A model generated the notes under the pieces. It did no database searches. It was not told the origin of the DNA and was given only the letters and a program-made list of their open reading frames with translations. Below, piece by piece: positions 27,093 to 36,420 of a stretch of 40,948 nucleotides of DNA. How positions within the stretch are numbered: the stretch's first letter is position 1; every line of letters begins with the position of its first letter. Position numbers and translations under genes: made by a program. The DNA comes from Verrucomicrobiota bacterium. Its GTDB lineage: Bacteria > Verrucomicrobiota > Verrucomicrobiia > Limisphaerales > SXQI01. The stretch spans positions 1 through 40,948 of the forward strand of contig JANRLX010000024.1 of NCBI GenBank assembly GCA_033762115.1. The letters run 5' to 3'.

Positions 27093-27420
27093 ACTGCCCA
27101 TTGGTAGGGTTATAGACAAATTGCATGCCGTAAGGAGGCGGGGGGGTTTGTGTCAAGTATTTTTGTGTCATGAGTTCGTTCAGGTCTTTTGGGTAACGCC
27201 CTTGTTCGGTGTGAAAGATCTGGATGGCCTGATTGATGGAAGCAGTATTGACGGTTTTTTCTGCGACCTTCTTCGCCTGTGCCACGCCTCCCAGATAATC
27301 AACCGGCGCGGTCACAGGGTTTCCGGAGGAATTGTTGGTTGTTAATAAACCTGGTTCGTCCTTTTTTCCACATCCACTCAAAGAGATTGCCAGGCAAATG
27401 AAAAACAGAAGGAGCTTCAT
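27073..27420 (-). CDS. Small lipoprotein with a GspG/pseudopilin-like globular motif
   Basis: Lipobox LSGC; INQAIQIFHTEQGRYPKDLNEL. Overlaps the convergent gene by 20 bp. Confidence 0.7.
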   Translation of the reverse strand: MKLLLFFICLAISLSGCGKKDEPGLLTTNNSSGNPVTAPVDYLGGVAQAKKVAEKTVNTASINQAIQIFHTEQGRYPKDLNELMTQKYLTQTPPPPYGMQFVYNPTNGQFKVVAK

Positions 27421-27491
27421 GCGTGCAGGATAGCAGAAAAGGATTGGGATAAAAAGCTGGATCGTCTAATTTTAAACTGAATCAGGAGATT

Positions 27492-28793
27492 ATGAGCGAT
27501 GCCACTTTTTTGTCGAAACAGGTCAGCCGCCGGAAGTTTTCGCGCGACGCAACCGTTGCAACGATCGGGACCATTGTTTATGGCGCCATCAAAAGCAATT
27601 CATTGGCGCAACCCGCCAGCGAAAAATTGCGTGTGGCTGTCATGGGCCTTGGCAGGGGAATGGATCTGGCGCAGGCGGCGCTCGCATTGCCTAATACAGA
27701 AATCACATTTTTATGCGATATCGATGATGAGCGCATCGCCCGCGGACAAAAGATTCTTGAATCAAAATTTTCCAGGAAACCCAAAGGGGAGAAAGACATT
27801 CGCCAAGTCCTTGAATCTTCAGAGGTGGATGCACTGTTTATTGCCGCGCCAAACCACTGGCATGCGCCTGCATCGATCATGGCGTGTGCAGCAGGAAAGC
27901 ATGTTTATGTGGAAAAGCCATGCAGCCATAATCCATGGGAAGGGGAAATGATGGTGAAAGCTGCGCGAAAGCATGGGAGGCATGTGCAGATGGGGAACCA
28001 GCGGAGAAGCTGGCCTGCGGTGATTGAAGCGATGCAACGAATACGTGAAGGCGCAATCGGTCCCGTGCGTTATGCACGATGCTGGTATAATAACGCGAGG
28101 ACCTCAATTGGACGTGGCAGGCAGATCCCAGTCCCGGCAAACATCGATTACTCGCTCTGGCAGGGACCTGCCCCTGAGCGACCCTATCTTGATAACCTGG
28201 TCCATTATAACTGGCATTGGCGCTGGCATTGGGGGAATGCGGAGTTGGGAAATAATGGCATTCATGCGCTGGATCTTGCGCGCTGGGGTTTGGGTGTGGA
28301 ATATCCAACACGAGTCAGTTGCCATGGTGGCAGGTATCATTTCAGCGATGATCAGGAAACTCCTGACACCACGGTTGCCAGTTTTGATTTTGGAGGCAAG
28401 GGAGCCACATGGGATGGGAGCAGTTGTCATCCTCGCGAGACAGAGAAATTGCCTTTCATCACCTTTTACGGAGATTCCGGGTCGCTTTCGATCATCGGTT
28501 CCGGTTACAGAATAGATGATTTAAAAGGGAAAGAAACGGCAAGGGGAAATGGAGAAGGTGGTGAGAAGATTCATATCGCAAACTTTTTCGATGCCATTCG
28601 AAAAGGTAACCCATTGACTTCCGAAATTTTGGAAGGGCACAAGAGCACATTGCTGTGTCATCTAGGAAACATCGCCTGGAGGACCCACTCTTCGCTTGAA
28701 ATGGATCCAAAAACCGGCTGGATTCTTAAACACAAGGAAGCTTCAAAACTGTGGAAACGGGAATATCGGGCAGGGTGGGAACCGAAGGTTTAG
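27492..28793 (+). CDS. Tat-exported Gfo/Idh/MocA family oxidoreductase
   Basis: SRRKF Tat motif, VMGLGRG, PNHWH, YVEKP, QMGNQRRS, WQGPAP; AGGAG SD. Confidence 0.9.
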   Translation: MSDATFLSKQVSRRKFSRDATVATIGTIVYGAIKSNSLAQPASEKLRVAVMGLGRGMDLAQAALALPNTEITFLCDIDDERIARGQKILESKFSRKPKGEKDIRQVLESSEVDALFIAAPNHWHAPASIMACAAGKHVYVEKPCSHNPWEGEMMVKAARKHGRHVQMGNQRRSWPAVIEAMQRIREGAIGPVRYARCWYNNARTSIGRGRQIPVPANIDYSLWQGPAPERPYLDNLVHYNWHWRWHWGNAELGNNGIHALDLARWGLGVEYPTRVSCHGGRYHFSDDQETPDTTVASFDFGGKGATWDGSSCHPRETEKLPFITFYGDSGSLSIIGSGYRIDDLKGKETARGNGEGGEKIHIANFFDAIRKGNPLTSEILEGHKSTLLCHLGNIAWRTHSSLEMDPKTGWILKHKEASKLWKREYRAGWEPKV

Positions 28794-28795
28794 GT

Positions 28796-29116
28796 TTATT
28801 GTCCTTCAACTTTTCCCTGGACGCGATCCTTGTGGGCATGGCGTTTGTGGTAGGGAGAAGAAAGGTTGAAATAAATGCCGCAGAGAGGTCGATCTCCCTC
28901 GGTTTGGCTGAGAATGATCGTGACCTGTTTATCCAGGGCGATGCCGTGGCGCAAATTTGGGCCTCGATGCTGATAAGCCTTGATCGCTTTTTCCATCAGG
29001 GAGATGAGCGAGCTTTCGCATTCCTCGGGAGTTTTGTCGAGACAGACAATGTACTTGTCATACGACTTAAGCGCGTCGTTGATTTCCGGTCTGAATGTTT
29101 CGACAGTCACGTTCAA
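28796..29116 (-). CDS. Hypothetical protein
   Basis: Fills the gap between convergent/divergent neighbours and has a globular-looking sequence (YDKYIVCLDK...RPLCGIYFNL). Start probably TTG 29116 or GTG 29110. Confidence 0.7.
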   Translation of the reverse strand: MNVTVETFRPEINDALKSYDKYIVCLDKTPEECESSLISLMEKAIKAYQHRGPNLRHGIALDKQVTIILSQTEGDRPLCGIYFNLSSPYHKRHAHKDRVQGKVEGQ

Positions 29117-29165
29117 AATAGATAAGTCACTCTGGAGAAAACGCCAACAAAAACCCAGACCTTTC

Positions 29166-29528
29166 ATGAAAGTTTATATTTACGATAAATGCAGCACCTG
29201 CCGGGATGCAGTGCAGTTTCTGGAACAGCGAAAAATCCAATTCAAAACGATTCCCATCCGGGAGACACCGCCTTCCCTCGCTGAACTGAAACAGATGCTG
29301 AACCTCTATCAGGGAAATATTCGCAAGTTGTTTAATACCTCAGGACTGGAATATAAAGCGCTGGGTTTGAAAGATAAACTTCCTGCAATGGATGAGCCGG
29401 AAGCGTTGAAGTTGCTGGCGTCGAACGGCAAATTGGTCAAACGCCCTTTTGTCCTGCTCGACAACAAAAACGGCCTGGTAGGGTTCAAGCGGGAAGAGTG
29501 GGGGGAGTTGTTTCCAGCCGGAGGTTAG
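29166..29528 (+). CDS. ArsC/Spx (YffB-like) thioredoxin-fold protein
   Basis: CSTC, FNTSG, LVKRP, VGF; ATG 29166. Confidence 0.9.
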   Translation: MKVYIYDKCSTCRDAVQFLEQRKIQFKTIPIRETPPSLAELKQMLNLYQGNIRKLFNTSGLEYKALGLKDKLPAMDEPEALKLLASNGKLVKRPFVLLDNKNGLVGFKREEWGELFPAGG

Positions 29529-29691
29529 AAGCCATCTCATAAATGTCCAAGCAGCGCCTTGCGGGGATTTTAACCGGCTGCTTCGTTGTTCCTCAGTTAC
29601 AGATCGCTGCGGATATGCTCCTTCGTCGCGCCTCGCATCCGGCTAAAATCCCTGGCGATTCACAAGTTGTCCATTTATGAGATGACTTCTA
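29526..29691. mobile_element. Non-autonomous MITE: 162 bp plus TA target duplication, terminal and internal inverted repeats
   Basis: TTAGAAGCCATCTCATAAATG (29525-29545) and CATTTATGAGATGACTTCTAA (29672-29692) are inverted with 1 mismatch in 21. An internal 18-bp IR (29564-29581 / 29635-29652) has 2 mismatches. No credible ORF. Confidence 0.88.
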
Positions 29692-30123
29692 ACAGACTTC
29701 AATCTGGCCGGAGAGCACCAGGCTCGCCTGCGCGATCAAGGTGCCATCGACGAGCGCTTTTGCATCCGCCTGAATCAGATGATTCATTCGACCGGAAATG
29801 GTTGCTTCCAAATGGACGGTTTCACCAGGCCGGGCACTGCCAAGGATTTTCGCCAGGCGAATCGCGCTGAGTTTCAGCCCCGGTAACGGCTTAATCCCGG
29901 GGTCACTTTGCGCAATAATGCCGGACAATTGGGCCATGGCTTCGACCAGGATCACACCAGGCAGGATCGGGTCGCCAGGAAAATGGCTTGCAAGAAAAGC
30001 CTCATCACCTCGCACGGTATAAATGGCCTTTGCACTTTGTCCGGGGATGAGTTCGAGCAGTTCACTGATAAAGCGGAAGCCGGGTCCGTGCGGAAGAAAG
30101 GTGAGTGCGCTCGAAAGGCTCAT
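29689..30123 (-). CDS. 3-hydroxyacyl-ACP dehydratase, FabZ-like hotdog fold
   Basis: LPHGPGFRFI and HFPGDPILPGVILVEAMAQ (His/Glu dyad of FabZ type). Confidence 0.88.
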   Translation of the reverse strand: MSLSSALTFLPHGPGFRFISELLELIPGQSAKAIYTVRGDEAFLASHFPGDPILPGVILVEAMAQLSGIIAQSDPGIKPLPGLKLSAIRLAKILGSARPGETVHLEATISGRMNHLIQADAKALVDGTLIAQASLVLSGQIEVC

Positions 30124-30836
30124 TATTTAAGGGGTTCGCTTTTTTTGAAACCTTCAACGCTTCCTACTTCGAAAAGAGATCTGTTGATGGGTGAATTTTT
30201 CACAGAGTTGGTGAAGAGATTCTGTATCATGGAACCATCCAGAAAAAACAAGCGGGTACCTGCCAGTTCCGAGGAGTTTGTCTGAATGAGCAAGTCCACC
30301 CGGGGAATGTATTGCATGGCCATCTTTGCGCGTGGAATGAGCGTGAGCACATGATGATCATTGGTGAGGGACAAGCCGGAAATGGAAAATTGAGCGAGCA
30401 AATCCGCGCGCGACCGTGGGAAACCAGCCTGCAACAAGGAGAGTGATTCCTTCCATTCATTTTTCCCTGAATCATCAAAGCGAAATGTTTCGAGACGTTT
30501 CAACCTGGGGTAAAGCAGGTTCAATTCCTCTTCCTTCCGAATGGCAATGGTCACTGGTGGAGAGCCGACTTCCCAACGGAAATTGTTCGGCGCTTCAAAC
30601 CAGACTTTTCCGGATGAGGAAAGAGGGCGGGCAAAAGTTTTGTACTGGCGAAGTTGGACCACATCCGCTTGCCAGGTTTGAATATTGGTTTGCTTTGCGA
30701 GCCATTGTTCGATCAACAGCGAAGCATTTTTCTCCATTTCAGCGCTGCCGGTTGTGGCGGCGTGAAGTGATACTGCCAGCAGCCAACTCAGAAGTGCTGC
30801 GGGGATTCTGACCAGACGGGAACGAAATGGTACCAT
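30123..30836 (-). CDS. LolA-like periplasmic carrier
   Basis: Signal peptide; ADVVQ...SSGKVWFEAPNNFRWEV..P LolA pattern; its stop overlaps the FabZ-like start (TAATG). Confidence 0.82.
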   Translation of the reverse strand: MVPFRSRLVRIPAALLSWLLAVSLHAATTGSAEMEKNASLLIEQWLAKQTNIQTWQADVVQLRQYKTFARPLSSSGKVWFEAPNNFRWEVGSPPVTIAIRKEEELNLLYPRLKRLETFRFDDSGKNEWKESLSLLQAGFPRSRADLLAQFSISGLSLTNDHHVLTLIPRAKMAMQYIPRVDLLIQTNSSELAGTRLFFLDGSMIQNLFTNSVKNSPINRSLFEVGSVEGFKKSEPLK

Positions 30837-31675
30837 TGGTTTGCGTATTGTTTGATAGGTTGCTCAAAAAGCGAAATCATTTCCTGGCTTAGCTTAGCAC
30901 GATCGGCGCGAGTGCCCAAATGGCGGCGGTCACAGCGAAGCTCAGGCATGATCCGGGCGGTGTAAGCGCCATTCTCATGGACAATATAGGCAGGCAGCAG
31001 GGCACAACCGGTAGCGCGGGCAAGTTCCGCAGGGGCAATTGAAACCGGGAAGGGACGTTTGCAAAACTCGACCAGCACAGAGGATTGGGGAGCAGGACGA
31101 TCCACCAGCAAAGCCACTGTGCCACCCTGCTCAAGGACTCGGATCACCTCAATGAATGCAAACGGGTTTTCCGCAATCACAATGGTTTTGATCCCGAAGC
31201 GTTCCCGGGCCCGCTGCCGCATGGCGGTAAACTGGTCCTGCGGTTCAGGTAATGTGATGACATGGAGCGGAGTGTTACGGGACTTCAAAATAAGACCGCC
31301 AAGCTCCCAATTCCCCAGGTGTGGTGTCAACAAAAGCACACCGCGACCATGCGTCCGAGCGGATTGGAAATTTCCCCAGCTGTTTTCGTCGAATCGAATA
31401 GTTTCAGGCCCGGCACCATTCTCATAATTCCACAAGTCCACCAGTTTTTCTCCAAAGTTCCTGAACAATAGTTGTGCGTTCCTGTTTAATGCGGCTTCAT
31501 TTTCAAACAAGGGCGCGAGATTTTGCCGGACGATATCGCAGCGCTTTTGATTGATCGTGGCGTAAGCGGCTGCGGAATTTCGAGCGACAATCCTCAGGAA
31601 TTGTGGTGGTAAAATCCCGGCAATCTTCATGCCTAGTTTCCAAAGATCACCTCGATATAATGTGGAGGGTTTCAT
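30788..31675 (-). CDS. LpxL/HtrB-type lysophospholipid acyltransferase
   Basis: LLTPHLGNWE, LLVDR, QWYHF. ATG 31675 overlaps the MMPL stop (ATGA). Confidence 0.88.
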   Translation of the reverse strand: MKPSTLYRGDLWKLGMKIAGILPPQFLRIVARNSAAAYATINQKRCDIVRQNLAPLFENEAALNRNAQLLFRNFGEKLVDLWNYENGAGPETIRFDENSWGNFQSARTHGRGVLLLTPHLGNWELGGLILKSRNTPLHVITLPEPQDQFTAMRQRARERFGIKTIVIAENPFAFIEVIRVLEQGGTVALLVDRPAPQSSVLVEFCKRPFPVSIAPAELARATGCALLPAYIVHENGAYTARIMPELRCDRRHLGTRADRAKLSQEMISLFEQPIKQYANQWYHFVPVWSESPQHF

Positions 31676-34035
31676 GCTCTTTGGACCTGAAGCGCGTTCC
31701 ACCAGAGCGGAAGGATGTAAACCGCCACACAAAAGCAAATAGCAACTCCCATGGCGCAAACGGCACCAAGGCTGGCAAGACCGGCATTTCCCGCCCATAT
31801 CAGCGAACCAAATCCGATCACCGTGGTTCCGGCGCAAAGAAACAAGGCGCGTCCAACAGTTCCCCGCATTGCACGTGCATCTCCGTTCACTTTTCGCAAT
31901 TCCAATTGAACATGAATCCCGTAATCAATTCCCGCCCCGATCAACAAAGGGAGCGCCATGAGGTTCATCAGATTCCAATCCAACTCGAGCACGCGCATTC
32001 CCAGATGAAGCAACAGCGCTGCAACGATGAGTGTGAAAATACTCAGGGCGATTTCCTTGAAATTTCGAAATGCAAAGGCAAGCGCCATGATCACGATCAA
32101 AGTCATGGCCGCAACCATCGGCAACAGGTCTGACTCCACCATGGCCAGAACTTCACGACCGAGCCGGTCCCAGCTTCCAACCAGCAGTCCTTCATCCATC
32201 AACCGACTCATCCAGGTTTCGTCGCCTTGATTGCTTGAAGGATGAACCAGGCCAAGCCCGACTATTTCAAAATCATTTGTTGCCAAAACCTTGCCCATGC
32301 TCCATCGACCGACAGGATCATTGGGAAGAAACACCCCGGTGTTTGAAGCCGCAGCATTCCAAGTCGCAAAGATCGACATTGTCATGCCCAACGACTCCGG
32401 GGCAAAACCATGATTCGTGGCAAGTTGATGCAGGAATGCGCTGTTGGAGATGATAGAGGCGGCCAGCGGTTTATTATGTTTTTGCGCCTCGGCGTCAGGC
32501 CAGATCGGGGTTGGGAGTGTGTAATCTGAAATGAGACGATCTGATTTGGCTTGAGCCAGGATTGTTTCGGCCCGCAGAAATTTTTGAGCGATTTCCAGAA
32601 AAGATTTTCCCTGGGCAAGCAACCAAAAAGGTTCAGAACCGCGGCTCATCCGAAGTTTAATCCGATCCAGGGTGTCGTAGGCGAAACTTTTTTTGGGGCG
32701 GAGCGCATCGGGACCACCGTAAATTTGCGGGGGAGCAAAAAGCAGAATTCCCACAAGCAGTGAAAAGCCTGTCAAAGTGGCAACAAGAACGAGAGCAGGG
32801 GCTGGGGGCGTGCGGGGAGAGAGCTGGAGGGTCTTGGTGGGACGTGCTTCGGCCATTTTAAGTGCGAGCGGGGCAAAAACGAAAAGCATGAAAACTGCGG
32901 AAAGAAGGATTCCGAGGGCGACCATGGTGCCGAGTTGGGCAAGCCCCGGGAGGTGGGCGAGGTTTAACATCAAGAATGCCCCGGCGGTCGTCGCCCCAGA
33001 AAATAAAATTGCTGCCTGACAGGAGCGGCGCAATTCTCGAACAGAATGGAACTGATGAGAGACCTGTTCCTGGTAAAGAATCAGTGCGTAATCCACCGCC
33101 AGGCCAAGGAGAATTGCGGCAAAACCGGTGCTGATCACGTTGAGTGTGCCCAGGAGCAAACTTCCCAGGGCAAGGGTTGTCAGCAGCAATATGAACAATG
33201 AGACCAGGGTAAGCAGCAACGGCTTGAACCGTCGATGGGCCACATAGAATAACGCCGCAATCAGCAGTGCCGTGCCGATGACCGAACCAGTCACATCTTT
33301 TTCCATTCCTGAGGAAATTTCTGCGACGAAGGCGGGCCGCCCGGTGTATCCAAAAGTAATCGAGGCAAAGGCCGGCTCCTGTTTAAATGCAGCGAGAATA
33401 TTATCAATTTGCTTCAACCACTTGATACATTCGCGATAGCCGGGGAGCGGGGTTGCCGCACGAATGAAAATGAGTCGGAAAGTGCCATCAGGAGAGGCAA
33501 AAAGTTGATCGCCTCCTTCCAGTTGGGCCGGACTTGCAGCGCCTGGCAGTTGCAGGAGTTGGTAAGGGTCATAGGCAAGCCGCCCGAAATCCGCAGGGGA
33601 GAGTGAAGATTGCAACCGCTCTTCCGTATCGTTAAGGACTGCTTCGGCATTTTGGGGAGCCAGCCGGGCAGCCAGCGCGCTGAACTCCGCTGGAGACTGA
33701 TTCAGCCATAAATAGCCCAGGAAATTTCCCGCCGAAAACGGATGCTCCAGCCACGGTGGTTGCCAGGTCACTTCAGAAACGAGATTGCTGGCGTTGCGCA
33801 GTTTCAGGGCAAGACCCTTTGCCGCTGCTTCTGCTTCCCTGGCTGCAGGTGCCTCCACGGTCAGGATCAGTTCATTGGCATTGGCAAAACGTTCCTGGTA
33901 GAGCTTCAAGCCGCGAACGGAGGGAAGATTTCCCGGAAGCAAATTCAAGACTTCGACATCGAACCGAAGGTGCGCCAGACCAATTCCAATCAGTGATGCC
34001 CATACCGCCAGCAGAATCAAGGAACGTTGTTTCAT
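31672..34035 (-). CDS. MMPL/RND family lipid exporter
   Basis: Two repeats of TM + periplasmic loop + TM bundle, with GLAVDY and GAGIDY motifs; ATG 34035 with ATGA coupling. Confidence 0.88.
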   Translation of the reverse strand: MKQRSLILLAVWASLIGIGLAHLRFDVEVLNLLPGNLPSVRGLKLYQERFANANELILTVEAPAAREAEAAAKGLALKLRNASNLVSEVTWQPPWLEHPFSAGNFLGYLWLNQSPAEFSALAARLAPQNAEAVLNDTEERLQSSLSPADFGRLAYDPYQLLQLPGAASPAQLEGGDQLFASPDGTFRLIFIRAATPLPGYRECIKWLKQIDNILAAFKQEPAFASITFGYTGRPAFVAEISSGMEKDVTGSVIGTALLIAALFYVAHRRFKPLLLTLVSLFILLLTTLALGSLLLGTLNVISTGFAAILLGLAVDYALILYQEQVSHQFHSVRELRRSCQAAILFSGATTAGAFLMLNLAHLPGLAQLGTMVALGILLSAVFMLFVFAPLALKMAEARPTKTLQLSPRTPPAPALVLVATLTGFSLLVGILLFAPPQIYGGPDALRPKKSFAYDTLDRIKLRMSRGSEPFWLLAQGKSFLEIAQKFLRAETILAQAKSDRLISDYTLPTPIWPDAEAQKHNKPLAASIISNSAFLHQLATNHGFAPESLGMTMSIFATWNAAASNTGVFLPNDPVGRWSMGKVLATNDFEIVGLGLVHPSSNQGDETWMSRLMDEGLLVGSWDRLGREVLAMVESDLLPMVAAMTLIVIMALAFAFRNFKEIALSIFTLIVAALLLHLGMRVLELDWNLMNLMALPLLIGAGIDYGIHVQLELRKVNGDARAMRGTVGRALFLCAGTTVIGFGSLIWAGNAGLASLGAVCAMGVAICFCVAVYILPLWWNALQVQRA

Positions 34036-34592
34036 TCTGTGGATGGAATGGTTTTCCCTGCTGAAGAGGGTGGCGCAGAGTCCAGATAACATTCCAATAC
34101 TTCATCCGTCCTCAGGCTCGTGAGAATCCAGTTTGTGTCAGAATTTTTTGTGATTTTCCAGGCAGGATGAATTTTCCCGTGACGTAAAACGGAAGGAACC
34201 TGCAACCAGCTGAGTCGATGGGAGGGATCTCCTTTCCCGGAAAAGCGCTTTTTTTCTGCCGGGAATTCCACCTGCCAGGCACCGGGCTGAAATTGCGCAT
34301 TGACTATAGGAAACGGGGTCTTTGTGAATTGCACAAGAGATCTCCCGTCCTGATGGAGCGCCACGAGCAGGTCCCCGGTAATTTCAATCTTTTTTCCTGG
34401 AGGATGCCAAATCGCCTGTCCGGTCAGGACACGCCAGCCGGGGTCCTGTTGATCGATAACCAGTGGCGGGAGCGAAACGCAACCGACCAGCAACCCTGCC
34501 AGCAACAATGCCGGGGTGGCGCCTAAAAAACAGAAAAGCAAACGAATCGATCCAGGAGTGCAGTTTTCAAAAATGTCACGAACCCTGGTCAT
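34032..34592 (-). CDS. Outer-membrane lipoprotein, possibly LolB/DUF3261-like
   Basis: Lipobox LVGC and a beta-rich mature domain; ATGA-coupled on both sides. The fold call is inferred from context. Confidence 0.6.
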   Translation of the reverse strand: MTRVRDIFENCTPGSIRLLFCFLGATPALLLAGLLVGCVSLPPLVIDQQDPGWRVLTGQAIWHPPGKKIEITGDLLVALHQDGRSLVQFTKTPFPIVNAQFQPGAWQVEFPAEKKRFSGKGDPSHRLSWLQVPSVLRHGKIHPAWKITKNSDTNWILTSLRTDEVLECYLDSAPPSSAGKTIPSTE

Positions 34593-35365
34593 GTCAGTTT
34601 CTTGAGCAGTGACCGGGCTTTGCTCACCCAGGCTTTATCATTTCGTTTCTGGAAACTGGCGTTGTGGGCTTCATCAGCAATCAGCTCGTTCAGCAAGGAG
34701 ATCGCTTCGTCCTTGCGATTTGCCTGACTGTATAATTCAGCGAGGGAATAGCGCGCTTTGGCGTAGGTTTGATCTTTCAAGACCTGTTCCCAGGCTTGCA
34801 TGGCGCCATTGGGATTTCCCAATCGAGTGAGCAGATCGGCATAAGCCATCAACGAATGGCCATAATCATGCCTCGGATTTTCCTGAACGACTCGTTCGAG
34901 GAAAGAGCGTGCCTCTTCCAATCGACCTTCATGAAGCAGGCATTCCCCCAAATGAGCGCGGATATCGGGATCTTCCGGGTCACGTTCCAAAGCATTCCGG
35001 TAACAACGTTCAGCGGTGGCGAGTTTCCCCTGTCGAAAATAAATTTCACCCAATTGAAGGTGATGATGGGCTTTATCGAGATGGTAAATCTGGCCTTCCA
35101 GTTCCTTGATCCGTTTTCGGTCGCCGCTGCCGGGCATTTCGAAGGTTCCGCCGCCCATTGCAGCACGGCGCGGGCTGTAGACGAGGAAAAAGTAAAATGC
35201 AGCGGAGAAAATCGAAAAGAGAAAAATTAAAATGGCCCAGACGTATTCCTGGTTTCGAATTGCATCCACAAACATCCAGATCTGAAAGGCAAATGGAAGC
35301 AACAGCCAGGGATGGCTGAGGTAGTAATCAAAATTAAGCAGGTCAGTTATGAGGAAAGCCAGCAC
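34589..35365 (-). CDS. Membrane-anchored tetratricopeptide repeat protein
   Basis: Two N-terminal TM helices followed by TPRs (LQLGEIYFRQGKLATAERCYRNALERDP and others). Confidence 0.85.
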   Translation of the reverse strand: MLAFLITDLLNFDYYLSHPWLLLPFAFQIWMFVDAIRNQEYVWAILIFLFSIFSAAFYFFLVYSPRRAAMGGGTFEMPGSGDRKRIKELEGQIYHLDKAHHHLQLGEIYFRQGKLATAERCYRNALERDPEDPDIRAHLGECLLHEGRLEEARSFLERVVQENPRHDYGHSLMAYADLLTRLGNPNGAMQAWEQVLKDQTYAKARYSLAELYSQANRKDEAISLLNELIADEAHNASFQKRNDKAWVSKARSLLKKLT

Positions 35366-35371
35366 CGTGAA

Positions 35372-36313
35372 TCATCCCAGGGCTGCCATTTGTCGTTGGC
35401 CTGTGGTCATGAAATCCAGATAAAACGCCAGCCGCTCCTTCATTTCCCTTCGCGGAACAATGGCATCAATCAAACCACGGCCGAGGAGAAATTCGGCAGT
35501 TTGGAAGCCGGCGGGCAGTTCTGATTGGGTGGTATCCTTAATCACCCGGGCTCCCGCAAATCCGATCCGGGCTGCAGGCTCCGCCAAAATCAGATCGCCG
35601 ACCGTGGCAAAACTCGCCATGACCCCGGCAAATGTCGGGTCGGTCAGGATGCTGATGTAGGGAAGCCGACTCTTTGAATGATATGCCAGCGCAGCGCAGG
35701 TTTTCGCCATTTGCATCAGGCTGAACATGCCTTCATACATCCGTGCGCCGCCACTCGCGGAAATGATGATGACAGGCAAACCGCGATTGGTTCCTGCTTC
35801 GATCAGGCGAGTCAATTTTTCGCCCACAACTGATCCCAGGGAACCCCCAAGAAAGGAAAAATCCATGACGCCCAGGGCTATTTTATGTGAGCTGATCTTT
35901 CCAATTCCAGTGACCACCGCGTCCCTGGCACCACTGCTTTTCTGGTACCCGGTTAATTTGTCCTTGTAGGAAGGAAAATTCAGGAGATCGACAGAAATCA
36001 TCTCGGCATCCATCTCTTCAAAGGAGCAGGTTTCAACGAGGGAATTAATCCGTTCGCGGGGAGAGATTGGAAAATGATGGCTGCACTTGAGGCAAACCTT
36101 CAAATTTTCATCCAACTCCTTGTCATACAACATGGTGGAACATTTGGGGCATTTGTTCCAGAGCCCTTCCGGAATGTCCCGTTTCCGGGACTTGGCAGCG
36201 CCCAGCTTCGGTTTTTTAACAAAGCTGGTAGTGCTTGAGGCCGGAGGGGGCGTCACAGCCGGTTCGATGGTTTCCAACCCGAGGGTTTTTTTCGAAAATG
36301 TCGTTGTGGCCAT
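35372..36313 (-). CDS. accD: Acetyl-CoA carboxylase carboxyltransferase beta subunit
   Basis: GLWNKCPKC...VCLKC zinc finger, GGSLGSVVGEK, SGGARM, GFAG, FQTAEFL. Confidence 0.96.
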   Translation of the reverse strand: MATTTFSKKTLGLETIEPAVTPPPASSTTSFVKKPKLGAAKSRKRDIPEGLWNKCPKCSTMLYDKELDENLKVCLKCSHHFPISPRERINSLVETCSFEEMDAEMISVDLLNFPSYKDKLTGYQKSSGARDAVVTGIGKISSHKIALGVMDFSFLGGSLGSVVGEKLTRLIEAGTNRGLPVIIISASGGARMYEGMFSLMQMAKTCAALAYHSKSRLPYISILTDPTFAGVMASFATVGDLILAEPAARIGFAGARVIKDTTQSELPAGFQTAEFLLGRGLIDAIVPRREMKERLAFYLDFMTTGQRQMAALG

Positions 36314-36420
36314 AGTGCAGGTGGCGAGAAAGAAGGATTAAGATAGCAGAGGCGGTAGAGAAAGAGCAGCAAAATATTCAGGCATCCCGGCAAGACTCAA
36401 CTTCATGTCCAGAGAGTTTA

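Noticed and set aside
28980..29165. N-terminal extensions of the arsC-like ORF and of the divergent hypothetical ORF
   Set aside because: They overlap each other head to head; family-typical starts are 29166 and about 29116.
29586..29870. 94-aa ORF starting inside the MITE, considered as a possible transposase remnant
   Set aside because: No DDE or HUH motifs; mostly antisense to the fabZ-like gene.
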